Made by a program: the position numbers and the translations under genes. Positions 58,564 through 64,000 of a stretch of 64,000 nucleotides of DNA are shown one piece after another. Positions within the stretch are counted from its first letter, which is position 1. Every line of letters begins with the position of its first letter. Source of the stretch: an uncultured Pseudomonadales bacterium (GTDB lineage Bacteria; Patescibacteriota; Microgenomatia; UBA1400; PJMF01). The notes beneath the pieces were generated by a model. That model saw only the letters and a program-made list of their open reading frames with translations, did not search any database and was not told where the DNA came from. The stretch lies in contig CAYMSV010000002.1 in NCBI GenBank assembly GCA_964393205.1, positions 28,078 to 92,077 on the forward strand, read 5' to 3'.

Positions 58564-58572
58564 AATAAGACA

Positions 58573-60333
58573 GTGCAAGAACTTGTCTTGTCACCTCTAC
58601 TTTCAAAATCTCAAGCCCACCATTTTGTGGCTTTTCTCAACAATCGCCAAGAAAACTTAATCATTGCCTTTAGTCTTGAGGGGCCAGACGCTCATTTTTT
58701 TGGTAAAGACCTACAACTAAAAATGGCTAATTGGCAGTTTAAAAAAGCCCAAGAGCTTCATCTAGCTCTACTAGATCTTAATAAAGAATGTCGTCTAAGA
58801 AAATTACAATTAAGTTTTGCCATTACTCTAAAAATCGATCAGCAATTAATTTTAAGCTGTCAGGGTGGTAGCATCCTGCTCAAACGTCAAAATCAAGTTA
58901 AAGAATTACTTGCTAGTCAAGCTGAAATTCTCATGTTAGTGGGGCAATATTTTGAAGGTGATCAGTTGCTACTAATAGCCGGAAATTTAGAACTAGGTCA
59001 AGTAATTGTCGAAAAAAGTCGTAGTCAAACTCTAAAAACAATTCTTGAACAAAAGCTAGATGATTATTTAAATAAAAATTCAAATACAGCTCTTGTTTTG
59101 TGGCATTTTCAAAAAAAAGAAAAAATTATTTGGAGAAAAAAATTAATTAATATTAAAAATTATTTAAGAAAAATTAAAAAATTCTTTAAAAAAATTCCTT
59201 TGTGGTGGAAAAAAATTAAAAATCTTAGACAAGAGCAAAAAAAATATTATCAAAAATTATTTATCACTATTTTTTTCATTATTTTTTTAACAATTGGTTT
59301 TTTAGTACTCGGACAACGACAACAAGAAAAAACACTAGATAGAGTTAATAAAGAAGTTTCGGCACTGGTTCTCAATGAACAAGAATTGGAAACACTTAGC
59401 ACTACTCAACCAGTCTTAGCCAGAGAAAAAATCGATCAGAGTCAACAAGATTTAAACGAACTTTTGAATAATACTAACTCTCTTGCTGCTAAAAAATATA
59501 TTGAACAAGAGATAAATAGATTGAATTTACAGTCAGAAAAATTAGCTAGTGAAAATAGCCTTGATCGTTTGCTTATCTATAGCAATTGGTATGATGATTA
59601 TCCAGATTTTTTAGGAACTAAGCTAATTGCTAGCGAACATGGTATTTTGATAGCCAATGACCAACAAAACCAACTCTTATTAATAAAAGAAAAAAATATT
59701 TTTGATATTTGGGACATCAATTATCAAGATTTTACACTTGATCAAAGTCGCTCTGAACAATTAGGAGTCTTCATAAAAGACCAAGGTGTCAAATACCTAG
59801 ATTGGCAAAATAAAACAGTTACAGAGCTTAAATCTGAAGGTGACTCAGATAGAGATGGACAATTACTAGAAAGTTACCAAAATTACCTTTATTTATTAAA
59901 CCCAGAAAAACGCAATATTTATCGCTATACCTTGAGAAATGAGGAACTCAGTGAAGCAATCGGCTGGTTAGTCGAAAAACAAGGTATAAGTTTTAATAAT
60001 GTCAGTGATATGAGTGTTGATGGCAACTTATGGTTAAGTTTTAAAGATGGAAACGTCCTGAAATTTGATCGAGGCTATCAAGAAGAATTTAGCTTAACTG
60101 GGCTTAATCAAGTTCCAGATGACACCTTACTTATGGCAAGTAGAGAAAATTCAGAAAAATTAGTCTTCTTAGACAAGAGCAATAGACGTTTAATCCTTAC
60201 TACCAGAGACGGTCAATTAATTAATGAAATAAAAAGCAATGAGCTGGCTGGAGTCAGCGATATCACTTTAGCAATTGATGGAGAAAGTTGTTTTGCCTTA
60301 AGTGGATCAGTCATTTATCAAATCCAGCTTTAA
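58573..60333 (+). CDS. Single-pass membrane protein with C-terminal beta-propeller-like domain
   Basis: Lys-rich stretch, TM at about aa 229-246, coiled coil, then propeller-like repeats (YLYLL, MSVDGNLW, LVFLD...RL). Confidence 0.6.
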   Translation: MQELVLSPLLSKSQAHHFVAFLNNRQENLIIAFSLEGPDAHFFGKDLQLKMANWQFKKAQELHLALLDLNKECRLRKLQLSFAITLKIDQQLILSCQGGSILLKRQNQVKELLASQAEILMLVGQYFEGDQLLLIAGNLELGQVIVEKSRSQTLKTILEQKLDDYLNKNSNTALVLWHFQKKEKIIWRKKLINIKNYLRKIKKFFKKIPLWWKKIKNLRQEQKKYYQKLFITIFFIIFLTIGFLVLGQRQQEKTLDRVNKEVSALVLNEQELETLSTTQPVLAREKIDQSQQDLNELLNNTNSLAAKKYIEQEINRLNLQSEKLASENSLDRLLIYSNWYDDYPDFLGTKLIASEHGILIANDQQNQLLLIKEKNIFDIWDINYQDFTLDQSRSEQLGVFIKDQGVKYLDWQNKTVTELKSEGDSDRDGQLLESYQNYLYLLNPEKRNIYRYTLRNEELSEAIGWLVEKQGISFNNVSDMSVDGNLWLSFKDGNVLKFDRGYQEEFSLTGLNQVPDDTLLMASRENSEKLVFLDKSNRRLILTTRDGQLINEIKSNELAGVSDITLAIDGESCFALSGSVIYQIQL

Positions 60334-60336
60334 AAC

Positions 60337-60345
60337 TGTTACAAT
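60337..60345 (+). promoter_or_regulatory. Extended -10 promoter 6 nt before the smpB ATG (leaderless)
   Basis: TGTTACAAT-AACGGC-ATG. Confidence 0.6.
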
Positions 60346-60351
60346 AACGGC

Positions 60352-60822
60352 ATGCTGTTATTGAAGAATAAAAAAGCTTATTACGATTACCAACTAGACC
60401 AAAAATACAAAGCGGGTATTGTTTTAAGTGGAGCTGAAGTAAAAAGTCTAAGGTTAAAACATGGAAGTTTGGCTGGAAGCTACATCAAAGCCATGTCTGG
60501 AAAAAGTGGAAAAACAGAATTGTTTTTAATTAATGCTCAAGTTAATGCTTATCGCTTTGCTGCACAAAATAAAGATTATGATCCAAAAAGAAGTCGTAAA
60601 CTACTACTTAAACGTAAAGAAATTGAACAATTAGTAATAGCCAGTGAACAAAAATCTTATAGCATTGTGCCTTTAGCTTTTTTATTAGAACATAATAAAA
60701 TCAAGCTTGAACTGGCCTTAGGTAGAGGTAAAAAAAGTTTTGAAAAAAGAGAAGACATTAAAAAAAGAGATTTAAAAAGAGAATTAAATAAAAAACTTAA
60801 ACAAAGTCAAATTAAAATCTAA
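60352..60822 (+). CDS. smpB: SsrA-binding protein SmpB
   Basis: NKKAYYDY, AGIVLSGAEVKSLR, RKLLL, GKK..EKRE. Confidence 0.96.
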   Translation: MLLLKNKKAYYDYQLDQKYKAGIVLSGAEVKSLRLKHGSLAGSYIKAMSGKSGKTELFLINAQVNAYRFAAQNKDYDPKRSRKLLLKRKEIEQLVIASEQKSYSIVPLAFLLEHNKIKLELALGRGKKSFEKREDIKKRDLKRELNKKLKQSQIKI

Positions 60823-60892
60823 ATCCACTCTTGCTTAGAGAGCAAATTTGCTTTTTAATGGAATATAACAATTTAATTTAAAAAAGGAATTT

Positions 60893-61120
60893 ATGCCTAA
60901 AAAAGTTTTTTGGCCAGCCACCTTAGTCGTTATGGGTTTAATTTTTATGGCCTCAAATATGGGTCTTTTACCTCTAGCCTTTTGGAATCTTTGGCCCTTA
61001 ATTTTGGTCATTGTTGGTTTAGGGGGTTTAATCACCGCAGATCAAGATGAGTGGATAGTTAATAGTAAAAATAAAAAAACGACAAAGAAAAAGAAAAAGA
61101 GAACTGCCCGTAAAAAATAA
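60893..61120 (+). CDS. Small two-TM protein (LiaF-TM/DUF5668-like)
   Basis: AAAGGA SD; G..F...N.G.....W.LWPLILV..GL; basic tail. Confidence 0.65.
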   Translation: MPKKVFWPATLVVMGLIFMASNMGLLPLAFWNLWPLILVIVGLGGLITADQDEWIVNSKNKKTTKKKKKRTARKK

Positions 61121-61152
61121 GGTTTAATATTGTTTATTTTAGAAAGCTCTTT

Positions 61153-61869
61153 ATGAGTCAATCTTCTGATTTTTTTCAAATTGCTATTGATGGTCCAGTT
61201 GCAGCTGGTAAAGGCACTGCTTCTCGCTTATTAGCCGAAAAATTAAACTTTTTATACGTCGATACTGGAGCAATGTATCGAGCAGCTGCATTACTAGCTA
61301 TACAAAACCAACTAGACTTTGATCAAGAAGATGCAATTGTTTCTCTAATAGCTGAAAGCGAATTAAAGATGCGCAATCCAGAGGGAGATAAAGAAGCCGA
61401 CGGTCGACTAACCACTCTTATTCTCAACGGTAAAGATGTGTCTTGGGCCATTCGTACTGCCAAATGTAGTGACGGTTCTTCAAAAGTAGCTGTTTTACCA
61501 AAAGTTAGAAAAGTTTTAGTTGAAAAACAAAAGAAAATCGCTCAAACACAAAACGTAGTAATGGAAGGTCGTGATATCACCTTCAAGGTTTTACCAGAAG
61601 CAGATTTAAAAATATTTTTGACTGCAGACCTAGCAGTTCGTGCAAAAAGACGTCATTTACAGTATTTAACTAAAGGTGTTAATAAAAGTTTAAAGGAAGT
61701 TGCAGCTGAGGTCAAAGAAAGGGATGACAGAGACATGAGTCGTCAAATTGACCCACTACATCCAACTTCCGATTCTTGGGTTCTAGATTCTACTAATCTT
61801 AGTATTAGAGAAGTAGTCTCTCTAATTGCAGATAAGGTTCAATTGATGATGAAAGAAAAAACTAAGTAA
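61153..61869 (+). CDS. cmk: Cytidylate kinase
   Basis: IAIDGPVAAGKGT, DTGAMYR, MEGRDI, RA.RR, RD..D. Confidence 0.96.
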   Translation: MSQSSDFFQIAIDGPVAAGKGTASRLLAEKLNFLYVDTGAMYRAAALLAIQNQLDFDQEDAIVSLIAESELKMRNPEGDKEADGRLTTLILNGKDVSWAIRTAKCSDGSSKVAVLPKVRKVLVEKQKKIAQTQNVVMEGRDITFKVLPEADLKIFLTADLAVRAKRRHLQYLTKGVNKSLKEVAAEVKERDDRDMSRQIDPLHPTSDSWVLDSTNLSIREVVSLIADKVQLMMKEKTK

Positions 61870-61872
61870 TTT

Positions 61873-62073
61873 ATGAGAAAACATCAAGCTGATGAACAAC
61901 TAGTACTTGATTTAAAAAAAGATACACAAAAAATCGAAAAAGCTTATCGCAAAAAACAAAGCAATCGAAAAAAGGCCAAAAAAGCTCAAGAAGATTTGTC
62001 TCAACAATGGCTAGCTCCATTACTATTAATGATTACTCTAGTTATTGGCTATTTACTATATTTATTTTATTAA
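61873..62073 (+). CDS. Small C-terminally anchored membrane protein
   Basis: Basic N-terminus plus C-terminal TM; starts 3 nt after cmk. Confidence 0.55.
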   Translation: MRKHQADEQLVLDLKKDTQKIEKAYRKKQSNRKKAKKAQEDLSQQWLAPLLLMITLVIGYLLYLFY

Positions 62074-62075
62074 TT

Positions 62076-64000
62076 TTATAAAACCTGACCCCCTTGATGA
62101 GAAGCTTGCTCTAAAGCTTGCCGTTCCTGTTCTTTTGCCAAATCAATAAAATATTGATTACTACAATAAGTAGTTGGTTCTGTGCCAGAAACAAAGATTT
62201 CTTCCACTACTTTTGGACAAGCACTACAAGGTAAAGTGCCAGTCGCAGCACAAATCTTAAGCTTAATCAAATTACTAGGAATTACAAAACGATGGGGGTT
62301 GAAATTGTCTAGAAGTAATAAGAAGATCTTATTCCAGATTGGCGAAGCTCCTGTAATACCAGAGGCAACATAGCTCATTGGTGTATTATCATTATTGCCA
62401 ACCCAAGTAGCAACAAGCCGGTCTGTTGTATAGCCGATAGTCCAATTGTCTTTCATACTATTAGTGGTTCCGGTCTTAACTGCCACCTGCTGATTGGGAA
62501 TATTTAGCACTGAGTACCAACCGAAAGTCCCTGCCCTAGCCTGGTTATCAGACAAAATATCGGAGATAGTATAAGCAACTTTCGGACTTAATTTAAGCGA
62601 TGTATAACAGTTATCTTCTTCTATAGCACAATGGTTACGATATAAAAGTTGACCTTTAGAGTTTCTTATTTCTAAAAAAGCATTAGCTTGAACTGGATAA
62701 CCTAAATTAGCAAAAGCACTAAAAAGCTCAGCCATATCTAGCATCAAAACCTCACCAGCACCCAAAGTTAAAGATAAACCAAAACGATTACGATCAGTCC
62801 AGGTACTAATTCCTAATTCTTGACCCTTATCAATTAAATTATGTACACCAAGTTCTGCCAATAATTTAACTGCTGGTATGTTGTAAGACGAAGCTAATGC
62901 TTCTCGCAAAGTAACACTTCCACGAAAACGACCATCATAATTACGAGGAGTGTAAGGGCGACTACCAATTATTTGATAAGTAATGCTACTGTCTTCAATA
63001 ACATCACTAGGTCTTCTACCTTGTTCAAAAGCTAAAGCATAAGTTAGGGGTTTTATGGAAGAACCTGGCTGACGCGGTCTAAGCACCACATTGACTTGAC
63101 CATCGTGAGCAAAATCAAAATAGTTGGCACCACCCACCATTGCCAAAATCTCCCCGGTTTTAGGATTAGTAACTAATGCCGCACCATTAGTTATTTTTAG
63201 ATTTCTCAAACGGCTAATTTCTTCACTAATAATTTCTTGAGCCTCGTCCTGTAAATTTAAATCTAGAGTAGTTCTAACTTCCAATCCCCCCTTGGCCACC
63301 AAGTCTTCACCATACATATCTGCTAACAATTTCTTAACGTACATTACAAAATGAGGAGCTTTAATATCAACCACATCTTCCCTAAAAATTAATTTTTCCG
63401 CCTGAGCCTCATCAGCCTGTATTTGAGTAATATAGCCGTCTTCCACCATTCTCCTGAGGACATCAGCTTGACGTGATCTAGCTATTTCTGGATTTCCTCC
63501 AAAGGGTGAATATAAACTTGGAGCTTGAGGTAAACCAGCCAACAACGCACTTTCAGCTAACGTTAGGTTTATGGCTTTTTTATTAAAATATCGCCAAGCA
63601 GCTTCTTCAATTCCATAAGTAGAACCACCATAAGGCACAGTGTTTAAATACATTTCTAAAATTTCATTTTTTTCATAGGCTCCTTCAACAACTAAAGCTA
63701 ACAATATCTCTCTTAACTTTCTTTGTAAGGTGCGTTCGCTACTTAACAAACGACTTTTAACTAACTGCTGAGTGATAGTAGAACCACCCTGTGTTTTCTC
63801 ACTAACCATATTGCTTGCAAAAGCTCTTAAAATACCTGTAGGAGAAAAACCAAAATGTTGGTAAAAATTTTTATCTTCAATAGCAATAGTGGCATTAATT
63901 AGGTGCTCAGAAACACGATCAAGCGGCACTAAGGTTCTATTTTCATCTTCATATATACGATACAAGAGTTGACCATTTCGATCTAAAATACGAGTGGTTA
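62076..64000 (-). CDS. Class A penicillin-binding protein (PBP1A family); 5' end outside the window
   Basis: EDKNFY.H.G, QGGSTITQQL, RK..E, YLN; transpeptidase SSIK, SYN, KTG; frame stays open to the window edge. Confidence 0.95.
   Translation of the reverse strand, partial: TTRILDRNGQLLYRIYEDENRTLVPLDRVSEHLINATIAIEDKNFYQHFGFSPTGILRAFASNMVSEKTQGGSTITQQLVKSRLLSSERTLQRKLREILLALVVEGAYEKNEILEMYLNTVPYGGSTYGIEEAAWRYFNKKAINLTLAESALLAGLPQAPSLYSPFGGNPEIARSRQADVLRRMVEDGYITQIQADEAQAEKLIFREDVVDIKAPHFVMYVKKLLADMYGEDLVAKGGLEVRTTLDLNLQDEAQEIISEEISRLRNLKITNGAALVTNPKTGEILAMVGGANYFDFAHDGQVNVVLRPRQPGSSIKPLTYALAFEQGRRPSDVIEDSSITYQIIGSRPYTPRNYDGRFRGSVTLREALASSYNIPAVKLLAELGVHNLIDKGQELGISTWTDRNRFGLSLTLGAGEVLMLDMAELFSAFANLGYPVQANAFLEIRNSKGQLLYRNHCAIEEDNCYTSLKLSPKVAYTISDILSDNQARAGTFGWYSVLNIPNQQVAVKTGTTNSMKDNWTIGYTTDRLVATWVGNNDNTPMSYVASGITGASPIWNKIFLLLLDNFNPHRFVIPSNLIKLKICAATGTLPCSACPKVVEEIFVSGTEPTTYCSNQYFIDLAKEQERQALEQASHQGGQVL

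Overview
Low-GC bacterial chromosome segment, mostly housekeeping genes, read in the standard genetic code (TGA used as stop). Gene content and protein reduction point to a Patescibacteria/CPR genome, probably Microgenomates-like; this is an inference from the short IF2, AlaRS without C-Ala, stand-alone 5'-3' exonuclease, rpoB-rpoC-rpsL order and the rpiB/rpe/pfkB cluster. It carries rpsL (partial), rpoC, rpoB, mltG, yqgF, a sortase, alaS, ftsK, rnj, pnp-rpsO, nusA-infB, hrcA-grpE-dnaK-dnaJ, ftsH, trpS, a Xer recombinase, groESL, a tsaC-tsaE fusion with tsaD, smpB, cmk and a class A PBP (partial). RNA genes are tmRNA and three tRNAs (Val-CAC, fMet, Met). No CRISPR array, IS, prophage or retroelement was seen. 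The most notable items are: a sortase with two paralogous secreted Ig-like LPE(S/A)G substrates, one lying directly upstream of a Lon-type AAA+ ATPase that has no protease domain; a tmRNA with a 27-codon tag and a non-canonical T-loop; seven genes with an exact TGnTAnnnT-N6-start (leaderless) architecture; a cysteine-free family-4 UDG; an SMS-type minimal Fe-S system; a rifampicin-resistance-type RpoB pocket; three degenerate CIRCE boxes; leader hairpins at rpoB, pnp, rpsO and nusA; and a small mosaic element built from tRNA 3' ends next to tRNA-fMet. All calls come from motif recognition by eye; no database searches were run.
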